A DNA stretch of 64,000 nt from Candidatus Omnitrophota bacterium (GTDB taxonomy: Bacteria > Omnitrophota > Gorgyraeia > Tantalellales > Tantalellaceae), in NCBI GenBank assembly GCA_043813915.1, contig JBDRKO010000026.1:66236-130235 (forward strand), given 5' to 3'. This document shows positions 1 through 9,148 of this stretch, one piece after another. The notes under the pieces were generated by a model. The model was not told the DNA's origin. It saw only the letters and a program-made list of their open reading frames with translations, and did not search any database. Made by a program: the position numbers and the translations under genes. Each line of letters starts with the position of its first letter. Within the stretch, counting starts at the first letter, position 1.

Positions 1-2
1 TG

Positions 3-1460
3 ATGATGTATAGAGATTTGAGAGGAATAAAAATATACGCGCCCGAAGAATTCTTTCCTTCCGAGAGAGCGGTAGCACAGTTGGAAAGGATCAGCCGCGA
101 TGAACGGGTAGAAAAACCTGTTATAGGCCTGGTGGATATACATGACAAAAAGGATAATGATTTTCCGACAGGCGTTGTCGTAGCGTCACGCAAATACATT
201 TTTCCTCAGCTTGTCGTTTCGGGTCCGAACTGCGGTATGCGGATGATGTCGCTTCCGCTTTCGGCGGGTGATATGAAAGATGGCGACGTGGACAGGCTTT
301 TCCGGGGGTTTTCACGGGATATTCATCTGAATTCTTTTTTCGGAAGCGCTCTTTCCGAGGAAGATATCATGGGTATCATGAGACGGGGCGCAGGCTGGAT
401 AAAATATAGATTTCCGGACGCCGAAGACGAGATAGGACATATCGAGTCCGGCGGGAACGCTTTCGGAAGCAACTTGCCGGATGACCGCTTGATACGCAGG
501 GCTATCCCGAAAAGTATAAGGGAACTTTCGAAATACAGGATGGGGATACTCGGCAAGGGGAACCATTTTCTTGAACTTCAGGAAGTGGAAGAAGTATTCG
601 ATCAGCAGAAAGCGGAGCATATGGGTCTCAGAAGAGGAGGATTATATCTTTTTATGCATTCGGGTTCAGGCGGACTCGGCGCTATGGCAGGCAATATTTA
701 TACTCCGAGAAGCATATCTTCCAGAGGAAAAAAAATGAGCGCGTATGTGGCCGCGGAATGGTTCAGGTCCATGTTCGATCCTGTGAGACGAAGATATATA
801 AAGAAAGTCGTTGATCATATAATTAACGGAAAAAAAGGATTATTCGGCCTTGAAGCGGGCTCCGAAGAGGCAGAACTTTATCTCACGGCTATAAGGGCTT
901 CAGCTAATTTTGCTTACGCGAACAGGGCGTTCATAAGCAGGAACATAAGAAGATCAGCCTCGGAAAGCCTGGGGATCGAGCCGAAGGAGATAAAGACACT
1001 TTACGATCTTTCCCATATGTCTATAGAGAAGGAGACGTACGGAGACGGCGCCGTATGGGTGCACCGTACAGGCGGGGTCAGAGCACTGCCGCCCGGTCTT
1101 TTGCCCGAGGGGAGCGTCTTCAAGGAAACGGGCACACCGGTCTTTCTGCCGGGTTCTATGGGAAGCGCTACATACATCGGTGTTGCGACAGAAAAAAATA
1201 AAGAGACATTCTATTCGGTCAGCCACGGTACGGGACGCCTGCCCGAAGATAAAATAAAGGCAAGAGCGGAGAACAGGGAAGAGCTTGTAAAATATCTGAA
1301 GGAAAGGTCGATCACTTTATATAAAGGAGAGCAAAAACGGATCGTTAAACAAGACCCGCGGTGTTTTAAGGACGTAGACAAAGCCGCGGGATATCTTGAG
1401 GACAGCCGATTTCTTAAAAAAGTCGCTAAAATGAGGCCTATAGCCGTATTGAAAGGATAG
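3..1460 (+). CDS. rtcB: RtcB-family RNA ligase (RNA-splicing ligase); N-terminus may be clipped by window edge
   Basis: SGPNCGMRMM resembles the RtcB metal-binding GVDIGCGM motif; C-terminal SHGTGR resembles RtcB HGAGR; length ~485 aa like archaeal-type RtcB. Confidence 0.6.
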   Translation: MMYRDLRGIKIYAPEEFFPSERAVAQLERISRDERVEKPVIGLVDIHDKKDNDFPTGVVVASRKYIFPQLVVSGPNCGMRMMSLPLSAGDMKDGDVDRLFRGFSRDIHLNSFFGSALSEEDIMGIMRRGAGWIKYRFPDAEDEIGHIESGGNAFGSNLPDDRLIRRAIPKSIRELSKYRMGILGKGNHFLELQEVEEVFDQQKAEHMGLRRGGLYLFMHSGSGGLGAMAGNIYTPRSISSRGKKMSAYVAAEWFRSMFDPVRRRYIKKVVDHIINGKKGLFGLEAGSEEAELYLTAIRASANFAYANRAFISRNIRRSASESLGIEPKEIKTLYDLSHMSIEKETYGDGAVWVHRTGGVRALPPGLLPEGSVFKETGTPVFLPGSMGSATYIGVATEKNKETFYSVSHGTGRLPEDKIKARAENREELVKYLKERSITLYKGEQKRIVKQDPRCFKDVDKAAGYLEDSRFLKKVAKMRPIAVLKG

Positions 1461-1466
1461 TGAAAT

Positions 1467-3065
1467 ATGAGCAAAAGATCTTTGTATATATGGGTGTTCG
1501 TGTTTTTCGCGTGCATATACTCGTTTTTCTCTATCGGCCATTATGGGGGAGACGGGTACGAGGATTACCTCACGGCCGAAAGCCTCGTTCTTGACGGAAA
1601 TACCGCGTTATATGACAGGCCCGATGATCCCGATGAATTGGAATACAAGACGGGGGCGGGCATAAAAGGCAAGGACGGCAGAATATATTCTTCAGGAAGG
1701 AAGTTGGGCGTTCCGATCCTTATCGCCCCTCTTTACGGAGCGGGTCATCTCGTGTCTTACGTTTTTAAACAGGCGCCCCATGATCATATAACGATGATGT
1801 TCGCTTCCTTCTATAATCCTCTGGTAACGGCCGCCGGTGTTCTTCTCGTTTTGATGATATCCATACATCTCGGGTTTAAACGCAGACTTCTTGTGGTTGT
1901 CGCGTTTTTATACGGCCTCACGACCATGACGATGGTCTATACAAGGACGGGGTTCGCGGATCCTACCCTGGTGGTATTCCTGCTTTTAACCGCGTATTTT
2001 CTGATAACCTATTCCAAAAATCCCAGGATGGTGTATCTGGCTTGGGCGTCCCTATCCATGGTCTATTGCGTGCTTACGAAGGTCAACGGGCTGATATTCC
2101 TCCCATGCTTTATCGTATATCTTATGTGGGTAAGCTGGGAAAAGGGTCAAACTGTTTCAGAGAGATTGAAACCCGTTCTATTTTTCGTTATCCTTACGTC
2201 TTTGCTGACAGCGTGCGCATTGAAATTGGAAAGTATGACCTTCGGCGGTATTTCCAGCTTGGACAGGGCGCGTGCGGCGGGAGGCGCGATACGTATTCTG
2301 GAGGCCGATCATTTTCTGAAAGGGGTTTATTATTATCTGTTCAGCCCCGGTAAGGGGTTTTTGATATACAACATTACGCTTATACCGGCTTTTTTCGCGG
2401 TAAAAAAGATTTTCAAATTACGGAATAAGGAGGCGATACTGTTCTTCCTTATTTTTATCGTCAATCTTGTTTTCTATGCCAAATCGTTCAGGCGCGGTTC
2501 GCTTTTTTCCTGGGGGCCGAGATATCTTCTTCCTTCGGTGCCTTTTATGTCGTTCCTTGTCGGATATTTTCTGGAAGACGCGAAAAGCGTTTTTAAAAAG
2601 ACCGTTATGTGGCTGCTTTCGCTGACAGGTTTTGCGATAATGCTGCCGTGCATGATGGTCAATCAGTCAAAGTTCTATTTTTTTGTAGTGGAAAAACTGA
2701 AACTGGACGAATACTTGATAAACTTTATCCCCGATCTTTCGCCGATAAAAGGAGCATGGTCGATGCTCATATCACGGCTTGCTTATGATCTTGGCGGTGC
2801 GGAACTGCCGTTCGTGTTCGATCCGGATTACAGGCTTGTCGGTGATCCCGTTACTTATCTTATGGAGGGCTATAACTATCTGGATCTGTGGTCCTTAAAG
2901 GTGATACAGCTCGCGCCTGCTTTCGGTCCCTATGTAAACGCTGTTCTGGGGATACTGATATTATCGGCATTCGTGGCTTTATATAAGATATACAGAAACA
3001 GGGATGCCGTATTTGCTTGCGAGGCGCCTAAAGAGGATCGATATGTTAAAAGAATTCGGCCCTGA
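1467..3065 (+). CDS. polytopic membrane glycosyltransferase, GT-C fold (ArnT / PMT / GT39-GT83-like)
   Basis: About 12 predicted TM helices, N-terminal loop with acidic motif (GGDGYEDY), large C-terminal soluble domain; start ATG follows the RtcB stop with an SD-like aaaggat. Confidence 0.5.
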   Translation: MSKRSLYIWVFVFFACIYSFFSIGHYGGDGYEDYLTAESLVLDGNTALYDRPDDPDELEYKTGAGIKGKDGRIYSSGRKLGVPILIAPLYGAGHLVSYVFKQAPHDHITMMFASFYNPLVTAAGVLLVLMISIHLGFKRRLLVVVAFLYGLTTMTMVYTRTGFADPTLVVFLLLTAYFLITYSKNPRMVYLAWASLSMVYCVLTKVNGLIFLPCFIVYLMWVSWEKGQTVSERLKPVLFFVILTSLLTACALKLESMTFGGISSLDRARAAGGAIRILEADHFLKGVYYYLFSPGKGFLIYNITLIPAFFAVKKIFKLRNKEAILFFLIFIVNLVFYAKSFRRGSLFSWGPRYLLPSVPFMSFLVGYFLEDAKSVFKKTVMWLLSLTGFAIMLPCMMVNQSKFYFFVVEKLKLDEYLINFIPDLSPIKGAWSMLISRLAYDLGGAELPFVFDPDYRLVGDPVTYLMEGYNYLDLWSLKVIQLAPAFGPYVNAVLGILILSAFVALYKIYRNRDAVFACEAPKEDRYVKRIRP

Positions 3066-4035
3066 TAATTTTAAAGTAAGAGAGAAAGTGGCGGACAGAC
3101 CGTCGATGGGAAGATACGCTTCTTCCTGCGCGTGGGGGTCCGACATTTTTCATCTCAGGATAGATGCCGATGAGTATACGGAAGCGTCTTTCAGAACATA
3201 TTATCCCGTATTTGAGAAGCACGCCAAAGCGTTAACGGTATTTTTTAACGCTTGTTCTTTCAGAAACTCTGAAAAAGAGGTACTGAAGTGCCGGGACTTG
3301 GGGATAGATATACAGTCGCATGCTTTCTATCATTATACGTATAATGACTATGCCAGCAACAGACATAATATACATCTGGCAAAAGAGTTCTTTGATTCAC
3401 TCGGGGTAGAGACAATAGGTTTTGCCGCGCCGACGGGAAAATGGAACGCGTCTCTTATGAAAGCGTTGGAGGACGAGGGATACAAATACTCATCGGATTT
3501 TTCTTATGATTACATGGCTTTCCCGAGTTATCCTTTGCTGTGCCGCAGGCCTTCACGTGTGATGGAGATACCTATCTTTCCTGTTGCCCCGGAACTTTTT
3601 TTTCAGGGTACGCCTTGCGAAGAGGAAATTGTTCTCGAATATTATAAGAACGCTATAGACGGACTTATAGCGGGAGGGTTACCGGTAATAATTTATGCGC
3701 ATACCAGCCCGGCAATACGTGAGGTGCCTTCATTGCTTGAGGAAATAGCGGACTACGCGGTCGGAAAGAAAGGTCTGAGACCGGTCTCTATGACCGGCCT
3801 TTTTCATATGACGGACGGGAAAGCTCCTGTCCGGGAAAATGTATCCCTGCCCGGAGAGACGGGAAAAATGCCCATGGAAAACTTTTCAGGCAGACGTGTC
3901 CGGCCTGGGATCTTCTCTGCCGTGAAAGACGCCCTGAAAGAAGCTATTGATTTTGAGAGGATAACGCCGGAAGAAGAACTTAAATGCGGGCATGTTAAAA
4001 AAGCGCTTAAACTGCTCGCCAGAAAAATGACTTGA
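3043..4035 (+). CDS. polysaccharide deacetylase-like (CE4 family) protein
   Basis: HLRIDADE...SHAFYHYTY...GFAAPTG pattern typical of NodB-type deacetylase Asp/His metal site; start chosen at ATG 3043 with agagga SD (ORF track start 3004 also possible). Confidence 0.45.
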   Translation: MLKEFGPDNFKVREKVADRPSMGRYASSCAWGSDIFHLRIDADEYTEASFRTYYPVFEKHAKALTVFFNACSFRNSEKEVLKCRDLGIDIQSHAFYHYTYNDYASNRHNIHLAKEFFDSLGVETIGFAAPTGKWNASLMKALEDEGYKYSSDFSYDYMAFPSYPLLCRRPSRVMEIPIFPVAPELFFQGTPCEEEIVLEYYKNAIDGLIAGGLPVIIYAHTSPAIREVPSLLEEIADYAVGKKGLRPVSMTGLFHMTDGKAPVRENVSLPGETGKMPMENFSGRRVRPGIFSAVKDALKEAIDFERITPEEELKCGHVKKALKLLARKMT

Positions 4036-4060
4036 CCCCGATCGAGGGTGAGGACGAACA

Positions 4061-5947
4061 ATGGAACATGATATAAACAAACAACTTATAGACATGGCCG
4101 GAAAAAAGAACGGATTGGCCGATGCGCGCTCATTTTTTCTGGACCAGGCCGAGAACGGGTATAACATGCTTCTGTGGAAATGTTATCTTGCGCGGGTCGC
4201 GAACCGCAAAGAAGGGATCAATAAGACCGAAAGGATAGCTATCCTGGGATCATCTAACGTAACGCCGCTTAAAGATAAACTTAAAGTAATGTTCCACGCT
4301 CATGGAGTAGATACGGAATTCTATATGGGGGAATATAATAACTGGTATCAGGAACTTCTGTTCGATGAAAGGTCCGGTCTGTATGGGTTAGGCCCGTCGA
4401 TCGTGGTGATGATATTGAGTTTTCAGGATATTTTTCAGGACTCATATGAGAGCTTACTGTCTTTTTCTCAAGTGAAAGTGAACAGGATCCTGAAAAGAAC
4501 GTTGGGCCATATTATAGACGCGGTTAATTATTTTTGCTCAAAATTCCCTGAAAGCGCCGTATATCTCTCTGTAATACCTCCGGTAGAAGACCCTTCCAGC
4601 TACGCATATTGGCCGGGTACTGTGCATAAAAGCCGCGGATATTTTCATAAATTTTGCGGGACAATTGCGGATTATTGGAAAGAAAACGATAATATTTTCA
4701 TGCTGAATACCGGAAACATTATTCAAGGATATAAAAAAGAACAGATAGCGGATAAAAGGTATTGGTATTTGGGGAGAATAAGATACACGGACCTGTTCTT
4801 CTCGGAACTATCAAGAGAGCTAGTTAAAGTGTACAATATGGCGCATTCCATTCCCAAAAAATGTCTTATTGTTGATCTGGATGGAACGCTTTGGGGCGGG
4901 ATCATAGGAGAAGACGGACGCAGTAATATTATCCTGGGGCAGGACGGTTTGGGGCAGGCATATCAGGATTTCCAGAGGGAGATACTTAAATTATACGAAA
5001 AGGGCATAATACTCGCGATATGCAGTAAAAATAATGAATCTGATGTGGATATATTATTACATATGGATAAAAGAATGTTGCTGAAGGATGAACATTTCAC
5101 ATCAAAACGGATAAACTGGAATGATAAGGCCTCCAACATAGAGGAAATAGCGAAAGAGATAAACATAGGGCTTGATTCCATAGTATTCCTCGACGATAAT
5201 CCTGTTGAGAGAGAATGGGTCAGGGAAAACCTTCCTGAAGTGACCGTTCCTGAGATGCCGGAAGATCCCTCTAGGTATGCGGAATTCCTGAAGAATTCAA
5301 AATGGTTTAATTCGTATAATACAACAAAGGAAGATCGTATAAGGAACATTACTTATAAAGCTGTTGCGAAAAGCAAAAAACTTAAAGAAAAGTCGAAAAA
5401 CATTAATAGTTTTATTAGAGATCTCAAACAACAGGTTATCATAGAAGATGTTAATACATCTACTATTTCAAGAGCCGTACAATTAAGCCAAAAGACCAAT
5501 CAGTTTAAGATGAATCATAAAAGATACGAATTGTCTGAAATGAAAAATATGATCAAGGATAAGGACTATAAGATATACACACTCAGTCTAAAGGATTGTT
5601 TTTGTGATTATGGCATAATCGGACTTATGATCATGAAGAACGATCATATTGATGATTTCATCTTAAGCTGCCGAGTTATAGGTAGAAAGATAGAAGATGT
5701 AATTATAGATTGGCTGAAGAAAAGGTTAAAGAAGGAGGGCTACAGTCACATATATGGTAGATATAGAACCAGTACTAAAAATTCTGTCTGCAAAGATGTA
5801 TATAAAGAGAATGGGTTTATATCAAAGGAAGAGGGTGTGCTGAATACCGGAGGTGCTAATACAATTAACAAATATAATTTGAAGGGTAAGGTTGGATTCT
5901 CATCTTTCAAGGATATTATTAAGGTGAAGTATGAAGGGAAAAGATGA
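4061..5947 (+). CDS. FkbH-like HAD-superfamily (subfamily IIIC) domain protein with C-terminal GNAT-like domain
   Basis: LIVDLDGTLWGG HAD motif I, followed by ICSKNNESD and FLDDNP motifs characteristic of FkbH/HAD-IIIC; stop TGA 5945-5947 abuts the ACP gene. Confidence 0.6.
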   Translation: MEHDINKQLIDMAGKKNGLADARSFFLDQAENGYNMLLWKCYLARVANRKEGINKTERIAILGSSNVTPLKDKLKVMFHAHGVDTEFYMGEYNNWYQELLFDERSGLYGLGPSIVVMILSFQDIFQDSYESLLSFSQVKVNRILKRTLGHIIDAVNYFCSKFPESAVYLSVIPPVEDPSSYAYWPGTVHKSRGYFHKFCGTIADYWKENDNIFMLNTGNIIQGYKKEQIADKRYWYLGRIRYTDLFFSELSRELVKVYNMAHSIPKKCLIVDLDGTLWGGIIGEDGRSNIILGQDGLGQAYQDFQREILKLYEKGIILAICSKNNESDVDILLHMDKRMLLKDEHFTSKRINWNDKASNIEEIAKEINIGLDSIVFLDDNPVEREWVRENLPEVTVPEMPEDPSRYAEFLKNSKWFNSYNTTKEDRIRNITYKAVAKSKKLKEKSKNINSFIRDLKQQVIIEDVNTSTISRAVQLSQKTNQFKMNHKRYELSEMKNMIKDKDYKIYTLSLKDCFCDYGIIGLMIMKNDHIDDFILSCRVIGRKIEDVIIDWLKKRLKKEGYSHIYGRYRTSTKNSVCKDVYKENGFISKEEGVLNTGGANTINKYNLKGKVGFSSFKDIIKVKYEGKR

Positions 5948-6173
5948 AATGAAAGAAAAACTTAAGTTCATAATAGCTAACTGCTGCAGTATAGACACTT
6001 CCGCGGTAGATGATAACGCTAAGGTGAATGAGACACCTAACTGGGATTCTTTCGGGCATCTTCAGATAATGTCATGCGTCGAACAGGAGTTCGGTGTCTC
6101 CTTTGATACCAGGACCATCTCGGCTCTGCTTTCATATAAGGATATACTGGGGTATCTGAAGGAGAACACTTAG
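5931..6173 (+). CDS. acyl carrier protein
   Basis: About 75-80 aa acidic protein with NWDSFGHLQIM, a DSL-like phosphopantetheine attachment motif; alternative start ATG 5949 right after the FkbH stop. Confidence 0.6.
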   Translation: MKGKDEMKEKLKFIIANCCSIDTSAVDDNAKVNETPNWDSFGHLQIMSCVEQEFGVSFDTRTISALLSYKDILGYLKENT

Positions 6174-6194
6174 ACCGGACCGGTATCATATATC

Positions 6195-7316
6195 ATGGAG
6201 AGAAATATAAACATACGAAACTATAGAGAGGAAGATACACCGGCCGTGGTGGGACTTCTTTCCGGATTTTATGACAACGTAAAGACGGAGGAGGACTGGA
6301 GGCGTCTTTACCTCGATAATCCGGCGGGAAGCGCGGTAATATCACTTGCTGAAGAGACGTCCGGGAAGAAACTGATAGGCCATTACTCGGTGATAAAGAT
6401 GGAGATGTCCGTTTTCGGCGAGAAACGGTTTTGCGGAAAAGGGGAAGGTGAGATATTCGATCTTCCGTTCTTAATAGGACTTTTGAAAAGAGGTGTAAAA
6501 ATAGAGCCTTCTTCGGAAAAGCTTATCAGGCACACTATGAACGCGGCGCTTGCCTGTGGGCTAGAGATGGTTTGTACCAATCCGAACGATCTGGCTCTCA
6601 AGTCTCATATCGCGGCGGGATATGACAGTTTGCGTCAGGAATTCAGCATATTTGTTTTGCCGCTAAAAAGCCGATATCTTTCTCATGTATTAACGAAAAA
6701 AAAGAACTTGGCCGGCACGGCATGTTTCATAAGTTCTTTAGTAGCACCACTTATACACTTTCTCTATTCCGTAAAAGTGTTATTCTTCGGGAGAACCGGG
6801 GTATGTCTTGACCCTATCGGGTCTTTCGACAGCCGTACGGATATCTTCGCGGAAGCATTAGGGAAGGATAAGCATGTTATCGCCATAGACCGAAGCGCGG
6901 GCCATCTTAATTGGCGTTTCGGAAAGGAAGAATATAAAAAATATGTTATACGGGACGGCGGTAAGGATATAGGATATGCCGTTTTGCATGTTTTCATCAA
7001 CCCTAACGGTTTTAAAGAGGCGTGCCTTGTGGATTATCTTTTTCTGCCGGAGGGGTGGGGAAAGTTTAAAGGTACTATTGTCAAAATAACGGAAGAAGCA
7101 AAGAAGTATGATAGCGATCTTCTGCGTGTTAACTATATGCATGACAGGAAAGAAACGTTCGGACTGGCAGGTGTATTAAAGGAACTTTTTTTTACGAAGA
7201 GGTCCGACAAAAGGAACATCACTGTCTTTCTGTCTTCACAGCTCGAAGATGAAAAAGAAAAAATATTGGATATAAAAAACTGGTTCTTTACGGATCTTTA
7301 TTTCGAGGGATATTAA
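6195..7316 (+). CDS. GNAT / FemAB-like acyltransferase family protein
   Basis: About 370 aa, size and position typical of FemAB/BioF2-like GNAT acyltransferases that accompany FkbH-ACP pairs in glycan loci; no sharp motif identified. Confidence 0.4.
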   Translation: MERNINIRNYREEDTPAVVGLLSGFYDNVKTEEDWRRLYLDNPAGSAVISLAEETSGKKLIGHYSVIKMEMSVFGEKRFCGKGEGEIFDLPFLIGLLKRGVKIEPSSEKLIRHTMNAALACGLEMVCTNPNDLALKSHIAAGYDSLRQEFSIFVLPLKSRYLSHVLTKKKNLAGTACFISSLVAPLIHFLYSVKVLFFGRTGVCLDPIGSFDSRTDIFAEALGKDKHVIAIDRSAGHLNWRFGKEEYKKYVIRDGGKDIGYAVLHVFINPNGFKEACLVDYLFLPEGWGKFKGTIVKITEEAKKYDSDLLRVNYMHDRKETFGLAGVLKELFFTKRSDKRNITVFLSSQLEDEKEKILDIKNWFFTDLYFEGY

Positions 7317-9110
7317 GTGCAGATAAAAAAAGTGAACATAATTATCCTGAATTATAACGGGAAGGACCTTCTGGCGAAATATCTTCCTTCTGTAATAGAA
7401 GCGGGTGATCTGTCCCGGCATGAATGCAAGGTGTCGGTTATCGATAATAAAAGTTCTGACGGTTCCGTAGAGTTCCTGCGTTCCGATTTTCCCGGGGTCG
7501 ATATTTTTGTCGCGAAAGAAAACAGGGTGCTCTGTTCATTTAACGAAGTCGTACGTTCCGTGACGGAAGAGATAGTTATATTCCTGAACAACGATATCGG
7601 ACTGGACCCCGGTTTTGTAGACCCGCTTATCAGCCATTTCGGTAATGATGGGATTCTTTTTGCGGCGCCGAAAGAATGTTCTCCCGACGGCGAATTCCGT
7701 GGCGGGGTCAATCGCGGTGTTTTTAAATTCGGGTTTTTCAGGAACCTTGTCAAAGAGGGGTCCGAAGATACCTGCCAATATTCCATGGCGGTCCATGGCG
7801 GTGCGTTCGACCGTAAAAAATTCAATGAACTCGGCGGGTATGACGATATGTATCTTCCGGGTTATGTTGAGGACCTTGACCTGTGTTACCGGGGCTGGAA
7901 ACGCGGTTGGTACGGGTTATATGAACCGCGGAGCGTTATGTTCCATGAAGGATGCGCAAGTTTTAACAAAACATACGGGCATGACAGGAAACTTACGATA
8001 GTGCACAGGAACACTTTTCTTTTCTTCTGGAAGAACGTCACCTCTTTCCGCCAGATATTTCTGCATGTTCTTTTTATTGTCCCGCGGTTGGTCCTGTCTC
8101 TGGTGACGGGACGTCTATCATTGGTGTTGGGGTTTTTTCAGGCTCTCAAACGTATCGGCCGGGCTTTAAAGGGGAGACGGGATGTGCGGGGGACATTTAC
8201 CTTAACTGATGAAGAAGTGCTGCGCCGGATAGAAAGCGGCTTTACGGGAATTGAAGAGGAGAAGATCACGCAGGAAGAAGTCCTGTCGGCCAACGTTGAA
8301 TATCATAACAAGATCGCGGCGCGTTACGAAAAGGACGCGTCGACGCGTCTTTTGTTCGAAGAGAGCCCGAATTCTGGACGGCGCATAGAGGGTGTGATGA
8401 AATATCTGGAAGAAGAAACTGCGGGCGAAAAATTCCTTGATATAGGATGCGGGACAGGTAATGTCCTGAGCCGGGCGGCTAAGCGTTTCAAAGAAGCCGT
8501 AGGAATAGACGCCTCGGCTGAAATGCTCAAGATATCCGAAGCAAAGGGCCTGAATGTCGTGCAGGGCGACGCTCTCGCTCTTCCTTGGCCTGCCGGTACG
8601 TTTGACGCCGTAAGCGCTTTTTCGGTTGTGCATCATTTTCTGCGTCCCGGGGATATTTTGAAAGAGGCATACAGGGTACTTAAGGACGGCGGATACCTTT
8701 ATACCGATTGGGATCCTAACGCAAAGGCCGCTTCGCTTTTCGACGCCGGCAGCCAATCAAAACTTTTTACCTTTATTCACGGATTTTATATGTCCGTGAA
8801 GAGAAAAGTCCGCAGTTTGCCTGAAAACGTCAGAAGCGAGTCGGATGAGCTCGAACAGCTCGCGAATATAGCAGAGTACCATCATAAAAAAGGGCTGGAT
8901 GCGGGAAAGATCTCCTCAGAACTCGAGCACATAGGATTTAAAGACGTAAAAGTGTATTTCCATAACAATACGGACGATCTTTTCCGCCCGGAACGCCTGA
9001 ACCCGTGGGAGATGACCAAAATAACCGCAAGAAGAGCCCTGAACTATGATCTAGGCGTTCCGCGCCCCGAAAATATCTGCTCTCAATTCGCTATCTTAGC
9101 CAGAAAATGA
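7317..9110 (+). CDS. bifunctional glycosyltransferase family 2 (N-term) / class I SAM-dependent methyltransferase (C-term)
   Basis: GTG start immediately after GNAT stop; N-term ILNYNGKDLL...VIDNKSSDGS (GT2) with DxD-like region; C-term LDIGCGTGNV (SAM motif I) and DAVSAFSVVHH (motif II/III). Confidence 0.6.
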   Translation: MQIKKVNIIILNYNGKDLLAKYLPSVIEAGDLSRHECKVSVIDNKSSDGSVEFLRSDFPGVDIFVAKENRVLCSFNEVVRSVTEEIVIFLNNDIGLDPGFVDPLISHFGNDGILFAAPKECSPDGEFRGGVNRGVFKFGFFRNLVKEGSEDTCQYSMAVHGGAFDRKKFNELGGYDDMYLPGYVEDLDLCYRGWKRGWYGLYEPRSVMFHEGCASFNKTYGHDRKLTIVHRNTFLFFWKNVTSFRQIFLHVLFIVPRLVLSLVTGRLSLVLGFFQALKRIGRALKGRRDVRGTFTLTDEEVLRRIESGFTGIEEEKITQEEVLSANVEYHNKIAARYEKDASTRLLFEESPNSGRRIEGVMKYLEEETAGEKFLDIGCGTGNVLSRAAKRFKEAVGIDASAEMLKISEAKGLNVVQGDALALPWPAGTFDAVSAFSVVHHFLRPGDILKEAYRVLKDGGYLYTDWDPNAKAASLFDAGSQSKLFTFIHGFYMSVKRKVRSLPENVRSESDELEQLANIAEYHHKKGLDAGKISSELEHIGFKDVKVYFHNNTDDLFRPERLNPWEMTKITARRALNYDLGVPRPENICSQFAILARK

Positions 9111-9148
9111 AAGATCGTTTTTACGGACGTGACGGCTACCGGGATCGG

